Shown: one piece after another, positions 10,528-19,773 of the stretch | Numbering within the stretch: the stretch's first letter is position 1 | Layout: the number at the start of each line of letters is the position of its first letter | NCBI GenBank assembly: GCA_965224245.1 | Contig: OZ245046.1 | Location: forward strand, 3,232,001-3,296,000 | DNA length: 64,000 nucleotides | Direction: 5' to 3' | DNA from: Candidatus Eiseniibacteriota bacterium | GTDB lineage: Bacteria > Eisenbacteria > RBG-16-71-46 > CAZAMP01 | The notes under the pieces: generated by a model | Database searches by the model: none | The model's input: the letters and a program-made list of their open reading frames with translations, nothing else | Told to the model about the DNA's origin: nothing | Translations under genes and position numbers: made by a program

Positions 10528-12096
10528 ATGAATCCCCTGAAGCGTCTCCTCCGCCACTCGTCGGTGTACGGGGCCGCGCTGATCCTCAGCAAGTCCCTGG
10601 TGCTCTTGCTGCTGCCGGTCTACTCGCGACAGCTCTCGGTGTCGGAGTACGGCATCTACAGCCTGCTCCTGACGAGCGTGGCCGTGCTCACCGGCGTGGT
10701 CAGCCTCGGCCTGGGGAGCGCCGTCGCGCGTCACGCCGTGCTCCGGAACGACGCGTCCCCCGGCAGCTTCTACGCGACGTCCCTGGCCTGGCACGCGGTC
10801 ACCGGCGTCGCCGTGCTCGCGCTCGCGTGGGTGCTGGCGCCGGCGATCGCGGCCGCGCTCGTCGGGGACCCCGCGCGCGCGGTGTGGGTGCGACTGGCCG
10901 CCGCCACGTCGATCGTGACCGTGCTCAATCTCACGCCGGGGTCGTACCTGCGGCACCGCGAGCGCTCCAGGGCGTACTCGGTCATTCGCGTGCTCCAGTT
11001 CGCCGGCCTCGGGGGCGCGAACGTCGTCGCGCTCGTCGTGTTCGACGCCGGGATCACCGCACTCCTCGCGAACGAGCTCGCGGTCGGGCTCGCGGCGTTC
11101 ATCGCGCACGCGATCGTCACCCGGGACGGGCTGCGCGACGGCGTGGTGTTCGCAACGCTGTCCCCGCTCCTCCGCTTCGGACTTCCGCTGGTCCCCGCGA
11201 CGCTGGCCATGACGGCGCTCTCCGCCATGGATCGCTACGTGCTGAACGCGCTCGGCTTTCACGAGCAGCTCGGGCTCTACGCGATGGCGTATCGATTCGG
11301 GTTCCTGCTGTATCTCCTGGTCAGCGCGATCCAGACCGCATGGCCGCCGATCATGTACGCCGCGGCGGAACGCGAGGACGCACCCGCCCGGTTCGCCGTG
11401 CTGTACACGACGCTCATCGGCGGCTTCCTGTGGATCGGCGTGGCGTTGACGGTCGTATCGCCGCCGCTGGTCGCGCTCCTGACCCCCCGCGAGTACTGGC
11501 CCGGAACGGTGGTGATCCCGCTCGTGGTCGCGGCGTACGTGCTGCACGGCATCCACGCCGTGCTGGGAAACGCGCTCTATCAGAAGAACCGGACCTGGCT
11601 CCTGGCGCTGGCGCTGGTGGCGGCCACCGGGGCGAACCTGGTGGCGAACCTGTCCTGGATCCCCCGGCACGGCATGCTCGGCGCCGCATGGGCCACGCTC
11701 CTCGCCTACGGCGTGCTGGTGGGGCTGACGTACGCGTTCGCCCAGATGGTGTTTCCGGTCCGGCTCGAGTGGTCGCGACTCTGCCGGCTCTCGATCGCGG
11801 CGGCGGCGGCGGTCGGTCTGAGCCGCGCCGTCTCGGGCGAGCTTGACGCCCTTCGAACGTGGTTCGGCGCCGCGCTCGGCATCTGCGCGTTTCCGGTCGG
11901 GGTCGTCCTGCTGCGGGTCCCGTCCGCCGAGGAGAGGGCCGCGCTGGTCAAAATCTCGTCAAAATGCCTGTCACGAGTGGGTTTGCGAAACCGGACGTCT
12001 CGCGCGAGCGTCGAAAGATCAGAGTCCACACCGGTCGGATCCTCCGCAGTCGGTCCGGGCTCCTCGGAGCTCGGTCACCAACGACGGGACGTCTGA
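10528..12096 (+). CDS. Wzx-type oligosaccharide flippase
   Basis: LLLPVYSRQLSVSEYG, LLRFGLPL, DRYVL, LGLYAMAYRF, IPRHGMLGAAWAT; about 14 TM. Confidence 0.88.
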   Translation: MNPLKRLLRHSSVYGAALILSKSLVLLLLPVYSRQLSVSEYGIYSLLLTSVAVLTGVVSLGLGSAVARHAVLRNDASPGSFYATSLAWHAVTGVAVLALAWVLAPAIAAALVGDPARAVWVRLAAATSIVTVLNLTPGSYLRHRERSRAYSVIRVLQFAGLGGANVVALVVFDAGITALLANELAVGLAAFIAHAIVTRDGLRDGVVFATLSPLLRFGLPLVPATLAMTALSAMDRYVLNALGFHEQLGLYAMAYRFGFLLYLLVSAIQTAWPPIMYAAAEREDAPARFAVLYTTLIGGFLWIGVALTVVSPPLVALLTPREYWPGTVVIPLVVAAYVLHGIHAVLGNALYQKNRTWLLALALVAATGANLVANLSWIPRHGMLGAAWATLLAYGVLVGLTYAFAQMVFPVRLEWSRLCRLSIAAAAAVGLSRAVSGELDALRTWFGAALGICAFPVGVVLLRVPSAEERAALVKISSKCLSRVGLRNRTSRASVERSESTPVGSSAVGPGSSELGHQRRDV

Positions 12097-13910
12097 TGTA
12101 CGCGATCCTCTCCTCGATAGCGCCGCACGGCCTCGTCCCGGGGACCGCCGTCATCCTGTGCGCGATGGCGATCGGCGTCGCGTCCGGGGAGCCCGTCACG
12201 ATCTGGGATCTCCGGGACGTCGACGAGCCCGGGTGCTACGAGCGTGCGTTCACGCTGAACGAGGACGCCACCGTGGCCGTTCTCGCGGTGGGCGCCGGCG
12301 TGCTGACGGCCGATCCCCGCACCGCCGGCGAGGACGAGCCCGATCCGGTCATGCACGTGTACGCGTGGATCGTCGACGACGACCGTCGCGAGGTGGCCTG
12401 GATGATGACGCCGGCCAACACGCAGCCGTTTCGCCGCGAGAGCGAGGACCGCGTCTTCGAGGGCCGGATCGATCTTCCGTCCGGCGCGTACACGGCGTAC
12501 TTCACCGCGATGGGACTTCACTTCGGCACCGCGACCCGCCTGAAGATCTTCGGCTACGACATCGGCAAGTTCCGCTCGCGTGCGGGACGGTACGTCCCGT
12601 GGGACGCGTTCGGATCTCCCGAGAGGTGGCGCTGCCGGCTCCGGATCGTGGACGCCGACTTTCCCGCGAGCGGACTCGTGCTCGGCGGCGAGCATCCGTC
12701 GGACGCCGCGATCTCGATGGTGCCTCTCGGCGATCTCGAGTATCGCGAGCAGCCGTTCGAGGTCACCGCGCCGGTCACCGTCGAGCTGTCGGGGGCCGGC
12801 GAGCTGGACTACGACGGAGAGCGGTTCGTCGACAACGCGTGGCTGGCCGACGCGACCACGCGCGAGCCCATCTGGCGTCTGACCCCGGGCGACGCCGACC
12901 CCGCCGGCGGCGCGCTGAAGAACCAGCGCTATCGCCGCCTGATCGATCTGGACCCCGGGCAGTACGTGTTGATCGCACAGACCGACGATTCGCACTCCTA
13001 TCCGATCTGGAACGAGACGCCCCCGTTCGATCCCAAGCGCTGGGGCGTCGAGCTCCAGGCCGTGGACCCGGCGGAGCGGGGTCGCATCGTGCTGCGGGAC
13101 GCGATCACGTCGCGGTCGATCGCGGTCATCGATCGGGTCGGCGATTCCCGCTACGAGCGCGTCGCCTTCGAGGTCACCCGCTCGCTGCCGGTTCGCATCG
13201 TGGGCCTCGGCGAACGGCTTCCCGGGCGGCCTTTCGTGGACTATGGCTGGATCGAGCGCGCACCCTCGAAGCGCATCGCGTGGTCGATGCGCGATCGAGA
13301 CAGCTCACCCGCGGGTGGTCACATCAAGAACCAGCGCGTCGTGGATGCCTATACGCTGGAGCCGGGCACCTACATCGTGTGCTACATCACCGACAGCAGC
13401 CACAGCTTCCCCCGCTGGAACGTGGCGGAGCCCGACGACCCCCGCGCGTGGGGCATCGCCGTCTACCCCACGGACCCGGATCTGCCCGAGGGCGTGGTTC
13501 GGCCGGTCGACGTGAGTCGGGCCGATCCCGCTCTCATCTCGCTGGCTCCGACCGGAGACGACACGCACCGAAGCCAGGTCATGGAGCTCCCCCGCACCTA
13601 CCACTTCCGCGTCGTCGCACTGGGCGAGGGCTTCCGCGGCCGGATGTACGACCGCGGCTGGATCGAGAACGCCGACACCGGACGGACGGTCTGGGACATG
13701 ACGTACGGCCGAACCCAGCACGGGGGTGGCGCGGCGAAGAACCGCTATCTCGAAGAGCTCATCGAGCTCCCGAAGGGCAAGTACCGCGTGCACTACGAGA
13801 CCGACCCCGAGCACTCGTTCGAGCACTTCAACGAGGCGGCACCCACGCATCCGGAGCTGTGGGGGATCACGCTGTATCCGGGTGACATGCCGCCCCTCTG
13901 GGGTCGCTGA
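12096..13910 (+). CDS. Secreted hypothetical protein with four ~135-aa tandem domains
   Basis: Signal-like N-terminus; repeated D.gWI...W.M...GG..KN.....L.pG.Y...TD.SHSF..WN...P..P..WGI; TGATG overlap with flippase stop. Confidence 0.8.
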   Translation: MYAILSSIAPHGLVPGTAVILCAMAIGVASGEPVTIWDLRDVDEPGCYERAFTLNEDATVAVLAVGAGVLTADPRTAGEDEPDPVMHVYAWIVDDDRREVAWMMTPANTQPFRRESEDRVFEGRIDLPSGAYTAYFTAMGLHFGTATRLKIFGYDIGKFRSRAGRYVPWDAFGSPERWRCRLRIVDADFPASGLVLGGEHPSDAAISMVPLGDLEYREQPFEVTAPVTVELSGAGELDYDGERFVDNAWLADATTREPIWRLTPGDADPAGGALKNQRYRRLIDLDPGQYVLIAQTDDSHSYPIWNETPPFDPKRWGVELQAVDPAERGRIVLRDAITSRSIAVIDRVGDSRYERVAFEVTRSLPVRIVGLGERLPGRPFVDYGWIERAPSKRIAWSMRDRDSSPAGGHIKNQRVVDAYTLEPGTYIVCYITDSSHSFPRWNVAEPDDPRAWGIAVYPTDPDLPEGVVRPVDVSRADPALISLAPTGDDTHRSQVMELPRTYHFRVVALGEGFRGRMYDRGWIENADTGRTVWDMTYGRTQHGGGAAKNRYLEELIELPKGKYRVHYETDPEHSFEHFNEAAPTHPELWGITLYPGDMPPLWGR

Positions 13911-13943
13911 TCCCGAGCGCCGGTCCACCCGGCGACGCACGTG

Positions 13944-15479
13944 TCAGTCGAAGGCGAGGCGTCGCCGGAACAGCGCGTCGGGCCCGTCGCCGAGCGTCAC
14001 CGCGACGGCGCCGTCTTCTCCGTCCTCGAAGGCGATGCCCACCTGACCGGCTCGCTCCGGAAGCTGATCGGTGAGATCTCCCCGCACGAACGCGCTGACC
14101 AGCAGTCGTCCCCGCAGCCCGAGCACGGTGTTGAGCGCATCGGCGAGCTCCGCCTCGCTGTAGAACGCCCCCAGCGTTCGATCCCGCATGAACGCCGCGA
14201 AGAACATCCGCCGGAGCGCGGTTCCGATGTCATGGCCGCCGTCCGGCGCGCGCAGGAGCTGCGTGTCGAGGAGAAAGCAGATCAGGGGCCCCTTGGCCAG
14301 GACGAGCCGGCGAACGTCGGCGTCGCCGTAGTACGTCGACGCGTCCACGGAGACCGACTCGGCCCGGTTCTCCAGCCCGTGGTATCGGCGGATCGTGTCC
14401 CCCAGATACGAGAGCACGCTCTCGGCGGGCGCGAGCCCGGTGGCGGCCAGCGCCAGCGCACCGACGTAGTCCGCCGCGCCCTCGTTGAGCCAGTACACCT
14501 CGGCGCCCAGAGGCACGACGAGCCCGTCGACACCCATCCAGCGGTGGAACAGCTCGTGCGCGAGCTTGTGATGAAACGCGTACACGTCGCTTCCGAAGAC
14601 CCGCTCGGACGGGTCGGCCAGCGCGAAGCGCTCGGGACAGCGCACGCGCAGGAAGGGCCCCGACGCGTCGACGTCGGCCGGACCGTCCTCGAACTCCACG
14701 ATCATGCAGAGCGCCTCGTCCCCCGCGGTGGAGAAGACGCTCATGTAGTAGCGTGTCAACGTGTCGAACACCCGCCCCAGGGCGTCGGCGGCCGCCGTCT
14801 CCCCGCCGGTGAACAAGCGCAGCATCGGAGACGTGAGCTCGAGGTCGTTCCGGACGTCGAAGGCACCCGCGGCGATCATGCCCACGCGGAGCCGCTTCAT
14901 GCCGTCTTCGGTGTCGAACGTCACCAGGCCGTCGTACGATTGCCACGGGGACAGCAGCTCCCAGCCCTCCGGCATCCGGAAGCGCGCCTCGAGACGGGTG
15001 AGCTCGAGGCCCTTGCGTCCGATCTCGGTTGGAAACGGCAGGACCGCGGCGATCGGGATCACCAGGTGATCGTCGGTCACGACCGGAAACGACGTGCGGT
15101 GACCGAAGGCCGCCACCAGCTCGCCGGCGAGCACCCGGAAGGAGCCGGTGACGGTCCCGTCGATGCCCGTCAGGGCGACCAGACCGTTGCCGCTCCGCGA
15201 CGGCACGAGGGGTGCTCCGTCCCGGCCGGCGAACCGCTCTCCTTCGACGAACGTGAAGTACTCGGTGGCATCCATCGGCGGATCGGCCAGGAGCAGCTCG
15301 CAGGTGTCGTATGGGTACTCGTCCATCGTGAACGAGACGTCGACGACGCCCGACGCGGGGTCGGACACGGTGATCTCGTAGCTCAGCGTGGCCGCGCCCG
15401 CGGAACCGGCCACGAGGCCGGTGGCGAGGAGCGCACACGCGCGTCGAATGGGGTCGAGGTGCGTCCCCGAGATGGTCAT
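13944..15479 (-). CDS. Secreted gluzincin metallopeptidase (M1/M61-like)
   Basis: AHELFHRW (HExxH) and downstream WLNEGAADY; KG.LI..LLD; signal peptide. Confidence 0.78.
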   Translation of the reverse strand: MTISGTHLDPIRRACALLATGLVAGSAGAATLSYEITVSDPASGVVDVSFTMDEYPYDTCELLLADPPMDATEYFTFVEGERFAGRDGAPLVPSRSGNGLVALTGIDGTVTGSFRVLAGELVAAFGHRTSFPVVTDDHLVIPIAAVLPFPTEIGRKGLELTRLEARFRMPEGWELLSPWQSYDGLVTFDTEDGMKRLRVGMIAAGAFDVRNDLELTSPMLRLFTGGETAAADALGRVFDTLTRYYMSVFSTAGDEALCMIVEFEDGPADVDASGPFLRVRCPERFALADPSERVFGSDVYAFHHKLAHELFHRWMGVDGLVVPLGAEVYWLNEGAADYVGALALAATGLAPAESVLSYLGDTIRRYHGLENRAESVSVDASTYYGDADVRRLVLAKGPLICFLLDTQLLRAPDGGHDIGTALRRMFFAAFMRDRTLGAFYSEAELADALNTVLGLRGRLLVSAFVRGDLTDQLPERAGQVGIAFEDGEDGAVAVTLGDGPDALFRRRLAFD

Positions 15480-15607
15480 GCCGGCGCCTCCAGACGAAAA
15501 CACGGAATCGGGCAGCACGCGCCGCGAACGGCACGGCCGAGACGAAGCGGGGGTAGCGTGGAGGAAGTCGGAGGGCGCTTCAAGGCCATCGTCGCCCTGG
15601 CGAGCGA

Positions 15608-15982
15608 TCAGGCGGCCGTGGCCGTCCCCAGCGCGCCGCGCAGCTCGGTGTCGATACGCCCCGGGGTGACGGTCTTGGGCAGAAGACAGTGCACACCGTC
15701 CGCGAGGAGCTTCCGCAGCTCGGCGGAGTCCGGTCTCGGCGAGAGCATGATGACGGTTCCGTCGTATCCCGCCTCGCGCAATCGAGCGTAGGTCTCCGGT
15801 CCACTCCAGTCGGGCATGACCTGGTCGAGAAGAACCGCATCGGGACGCACGTCGCTCGCGATCCGACACCCCTCGACGCCGCTGCCCGCCTCGAACACGA
15901 CATACCCCATCTGCCTGAGCAGGTTCCGGATGCGGGCCCGGTAGAAGGCGAGGTCATCGATGACGAGAATCGTGCGAGACAT
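15608..15982 (-). CDS. Single-domain response regulator (CheY-like)
   Basis: ILVIDD, VLLDQVMP phospho-Asp, conserved S and K; GGAGG RBS. Confidence 0.88.
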   Translation of the reverse strand: MSRTILVIDDLAFYRARIRNLLRQMGYVVFEAGSGVEGCRIASDVRPDAVLLDQVMPDWSGPETYARLREAGYDGTVIMLSPRPDSAELRKLLADGVHCLLPKTVTPGRIDTELRGALGTATAA

Positions 15983-16132
15983 GGCGTCCTCCGTGGTGCC
16001 GTCGTGATCGCGCTACTGGAAGCTTCGGCGCGCCCCGTCCCGAACTTTCGTCGGTTGTTGAGGGCGGCGTCACGCCGCTCCGAGACCGCCGGACCTGCGG
16101 GCGTGGGGCGGCATCGAACGTCGCTCGTGCCA

Positions 16133-18343
16133 TCACGACAGCGGCGGAGATGCGACCTCCTGGGAGACGGTCTCCGATGCGGGCACTCGCAGCAGCAGGA
16201 GCGTCATGTCGTCGGCCTCGAGCTCCGCGTCCACGACGCGCTCGATGCGGCGGCGGAGCGAGCCGATCTGGCTGAGCGCGGTCTCGTCGGGACTGACCGA
16301 CCGGAACAGCTCGATGAGGCCGTCCGCCCCCAGCATGCGCTCGCCGGCACGTGATCCCCGGAGGGTGGCTTCGCTGATCCCGTCGGTGAACAGCATGATC
16401 CGATCGCCCTCGCACAGATCCACCGAGATCTCCCGGTACTCGACCGCGGGTGAGACGCCGAGGATGAGATCGGAGTGCTGGATGCTGCGTGCTTCTCGCG
16501 AGCGATTGACCACGATCGGGAACTCGTGTCCCGCGTTGGCGAACGTGAACCGGCGCTGCGCGATGTCGTAGCGTCCCACGAGCAATGTGGCGAACTGGTC
16601 GTCGGCGGTGCCGGCGCAGACGAGTCGGTTCAGCCGATCCACGATCCGCCCCGGGCTGGATTCCGAGCTGACCTGGGTGCGCAGGGACGCTTGCAGCATC
16701 GAGGCCAGGAGCGCGGCGGGGATGCCCTTTCCGGAGACGTCGGCCACCGCGACGATGACGGTGTCGTCTCCGCACTCGACCACGTCGTAGTAGTCGCCGC
16801 CGACCTCGCGGCTGGGCACGTTCTCGCCGAAGATGTCCACGTCACCGCGCTGCGGAAACGTCGCCGGCAGGAACGACTCCTGGATGCGGCGCGCGTTCTC
16901 GAGATCACGTTCGAGTCCGACCCGGGCCATCGCCTGCTCGTGCAGCTCGGCGTTGTGGAGCGCCACCGAGACCTGATTGGCGATCGTCGAGAGGAGCACC
17001 TGATCTTCGCGGGTGTACCGGCTGCCGGTCACCTTGGGGCCGAGCACCAGCGCGCCCCGCACCCGATCCCCGTCGCGGAGGGGGAGCAGGAACAGCGTCC
17101 CGGCGGACGTGACGATCGGCGACAGCGGCTCCGCGTCACGTATCGTCGATTCGTCGGGCATCTCGCTCGCCAGATCGGCGTTGGCGATGGGCAGTCCTTC
17201 CGACACGGCCACCTGCGCGCCGGACGAATCGTCGAGCCGCACGAGCGCGAGACGATCGGTCAACAGGCACTCCCGAAGCGCGGTCACCACGAGCTGGCCG
17301 AGCTCGGTGCTGTCGAGACGCGTGACGATCTGCTCGGAGAGCGATCGCAGCGCGCTCCGGTAGTCGGTGCGTTCGGCCAGAAGCACGCCCTCGAGGAGCT
17401 CCTCGGTCTTGGCCAGGAGCGGCTGGTACAGGACCAGCGCCACCACCAGGATCAGCGCCTGGAAGACCGGCGTGTCGATTCCGGTCGCCCGCTGGACGAG
17501 CTGATCGAGGCGAACCACGAGGAAGAGGTACACCCCCACGATCACCGCGGTGCTGATCGCGTAGAGGATGGCTCGCCGCGCGATCAGCGTGGCGTCCAGG
17601 AAGCGGTACCTGACCATCGCGAACGCGATCGTACCCGACCCCGCCAGGAGTGAGAGGAGACGCGCGGCGGCCGGAAGGAGACCCGCGTCGGCATCTGTGG
17701 CGCCGTCGTCGGCGTACAGGATCGAGACGAGAAAGAACCCGGCGGCGATCGACGTGCCCCATCCGAGCACCCGCAGCTGCTCGCGGTGCAGGCCGGCCAC
17801 CTCCCGGCGGGCGCGGTCCATGATCACGCCCACCGCCGACACCGCGTAGATCAGGTTCACCCACGCGAAGAGCTGCTGGTGCAGCCCGTAGGCCAGCGGC
17901 ACGATCGCGCGCGGCACCGCCCAGGCCACGCTCTGCCGGGACTCGGTGGGGATGCCGAAGGTGTCCCCGAGGGCTGCGTTCGCGGCCAGGAGGATCGCGT
18001 GGGCGACGTGCGGAAGGAACAGGGCGAAGATCACCGCGCCCCGGCGCGCGAACCCGCGCCAGGGCGTCGGATAGGACATCGCGAACAGAAGCAGCGTCGG
18101 GAAGTAGAACTCCCACAGGTAGCCGAAGTCTCGGACCAGATCCACGCGCGTCGCGCGTTTCGGGTCGACCTGCGGGATCAGGAAGTCCGATGATCCCAGC
18201 GTGGCGCCCAGGCCCACGAACAGCAGCATCGACGCCACGATCCGGTTCAGGCGACCGCGAGGGTTCTCGCGGAGCAGCACGAGGCCCAGGATGAACACGA
18301 GCCCGGCGATCACGAAGTGCAGCGAGGCCAAGAAGTTGTTCAT
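16133..18343 (-). CDS. Membrane-bound GAF + PP2C/SpoIIE (RsbU-like) phosphatase
   Basis: Multi-TM N-terminus, GAF-like region, VGGDYYD, ADVSGKG, NAGH, FTDGI, DDMT. Confidence 0.92.
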   Translation of the reverse strand: MNNFLASLHFVIAGLVFILGLVLLRENPRGRLNRIVASMLLFVGLGATLGSSDFLIPQVDPKRATRVDLVRDFGYLWEFYFPTLLLFAMSYPTPWRGFARRGAVIFALFLPHVAHAILLAANAALGDTFGIPTESRQSVAWAVPRAIVPLAYGLHQQLFAWVNLIYAVSAVGVIMDRARREVAGLHREQLRVLGWGTSIAAGFFLVSILYADDGATDADAGLLPAAARLLSLLAGSGTIAFAMVRYRFLDATLIARRAILYAISTAVIVGVYLFLVVRLDQLVQRATGIDTPVFQALILVVALVLYQPLLAKTEELLEGVLLAERTDYRSALRSLSEQIVTRLDSTELGQLVVTALRECLLTDRLALVRLDDSSGAQVAVSEGLPIANADLASEMPDESTIRDAEPLSPIVTSAGTLFLLPLRDGDRVRGALVLGPKVTGSRYTREDQVLLSTIANQVSVALHNAELHEQAMARVGLERDLENARRIQESFLPATFPQRGDVDIFGENVPSREVGGDYYDVVECGDDTVIVAVADVSGKGIPAALLASMLQASLRTQVSSESSPGRIVDRLNRLVCAGTADDQFATLLVGRYDIAQRRFTFANAGHEFPIVVNRSREARSIQHSDLILGVSPAVEYREISVDLCEGDRIMLFTDGISEATLRGSRAGERMLGADGLIELFRSVSPDETALSQIGSLRRRIERVVDAELEADDMTLLLLRVPASETVSQEVASPPLS

Positions 18344-18523
18344 GCGCCGCAACCAGTGGTCTCCCGACCGTCAGGCAGGGAGACGTCCGCGTGGGGATTT
18401 CACGCTCCCGAGCCGGTTCCGTCGGAGGGCCTCGGGGGGGCGGCACCGGACGGACTTTCTAACTCGAACGCCAGAACTAACTTACGTGGAACCGCGCGAC
18501 CGTGGTGGCGTACGCTTCCACGG

Positions 18524-18553
18524 TTGACGGCCCGATTCACGGATCGGTAAGAT
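18524..18553 (+). promoter_or_regulatory. sigma70-type promoter for acidic ORF
   Basis: TTGACG-N18-TAAGAT. Confidence 0.55.
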
Positions 18554-18641
18554 CGCGCCCGTTTTCGGCGGATTCGGTTCGACAGACGGGGACGAGCATA
18601 GGAGCCGGTCCCGGCAAGTTCAAGTGCGCAGGGGACGTACG

Positions 18642-18884
18642 ATGCTGATAGCCGCAAGCGTGTTCGACGCGGCCGACGCGGGCGTCGGCCATCCGGAACG
18701 CGTGTCGTTCGGCGACCCGAGCGGCCTCGTGGATCGGATGATGCTCCGTGGAGACGACGACGACGATGACGACGACTTCGATGACTTCGACGAGGAGGAT
18801 CTGGACGAGGATCTGGATCTCGAGGACTTCGACGAAGACGACATCGACGAGGACGACGACGACTTCATCGACGACGACGAGTAG
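18642..18884 (+). CDS. Small highly acidic protein (80 aa)
   Basis: GGGGA RBS, upstream promoter, host-like GAC/GAG codon use; 34 of last 43 residues are D/E. Confidence 0.6.
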   Translation: MLIAASVFDAADAGVGHPERVSFGDPSGLVDRMMLRGDDDDDDDDFDDFDEEDLDEDLDLEDFDEDDIDEDDDDFIDDDE

Positions 18885-18981
18885 GGATCGACGCTCCGCG
18901 GGCTAGCGCGGCGGTGTCACGAGCCGGTGACTGCCGGTCGCGGCACTCGGCCCCGTGTCCCGGACCCGAGGCTCCGGTCGC

Positions 18982-19311
18982 TCACGCATCGGGAGTCGGC
19001 TTGGAGCCGGTCGCCTTCTTCGGTGCCGCCTCCCCTTCGCTGGACGAGGATGACGACTTCTCGGACTTGCTCGCGCCCGCGGGCTTCTCGTCTCCGCCCT
19101 TCTCGGACTTTGCCTTCTTGCGGTAGTCGTCGCTGCGGTAGTCCGTCTCGTAGAAGCCGCTTCCCTTGAAGACGATCCCCGCCCCCGTACCGATCAGGCG
19201 GCGCACCTTGCCCGCGCACTCCGGACAGCGCTCGAGCTTCTTCTCGAGCATGCCCTGGAACATCTCGAACGAGTAGCCGCAGTCGTCGCAGACGTAGTCG
19301 TATGTCGGCAC
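18982..19311 (-). CDS. FmdB-family zinc-ribbon protein
   Basis: MPTYDYVCDDCG...CPEC...FKGSGFYETDY; AGGAGG RBS; GTG start. Confidence 0.92.
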   Translation of the reverse strand: MPTYDYVCDDCGYSFEMFQGMLEKKLERCPECAGKVRRLIGTGAGIVFKGSGFYETDYRSDDYRKKAKSEKGGDEKPAGASKSEKSSSSSSEGEAAPKKATGSKPTPDA

Positions 19312-19374
19312 CTTCCCGACCTCCTGGCGAGTCGACTCGACGAACGAGAAACCGTACAACGCACGTTCAGTCCA

Positions 19375-19391
19375 TGCAAAGGCGATTCCAG
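19375..19391 (-). promoter_or_regulatory. sigma54 (-24/-12) promoter candidate
   Basis: Minus strand CTGGAATCGCCTTTGCA: GG-N10-GC with TTGCA, 64 nt upstream of the FmdB start. Confidence 0.65.
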
Positions 19392-19773
19392 CTCCCGACG
19401 GGGGAGTACACCCCCTTGCCGCGGCCGTCTGTCGGGCATCACAAGTCGTTCGTGCGTGGGACGTTCCATCTTCCGCCAGCGGCATCGCCGGCGTCGTGGC
19501 GGAACCCCACTTGGTTTCACGATGAAACGCCGCCGTCTCGAAACGAGCCGGCTCCACGCCGTGCGTCCGGGTCCGACGTTTGCCCCGGCAAGACGCAACC
19601 TTTCTGGAACCGCATGCAATCGACAGTGTTCTAACGACCGATGACGCCGAGCAAGTTCGGGATATGGCTCCCGGCCTCAATGGTTACCGTTTACAAACGT
19701 GTCCGGGGTCTAGGGCAGGTAGCCGGGGCTGGGAGCTTCTTCGTTCGTGCGTCGCCGCTCTCGCCGGGCGGCC

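Noticed and set aside
18753-18881. GAC/GAG trinucleotide-rich tract as a microsatellite or CRISPR
   Set aside because: Explained by Asp/Glu codons; no repeat-spacer structure
19530-19590. c-di-GMP-I riboswitch-like words on the minus strand (GGGCAAAC...GGACGCA)
   Set aside because: Spacer is only 9 nt with no GNRA-capped P2 stem or clear tetraloop receptor, and it lies upstream of the predicted sigma54 start; needs an Infernal search
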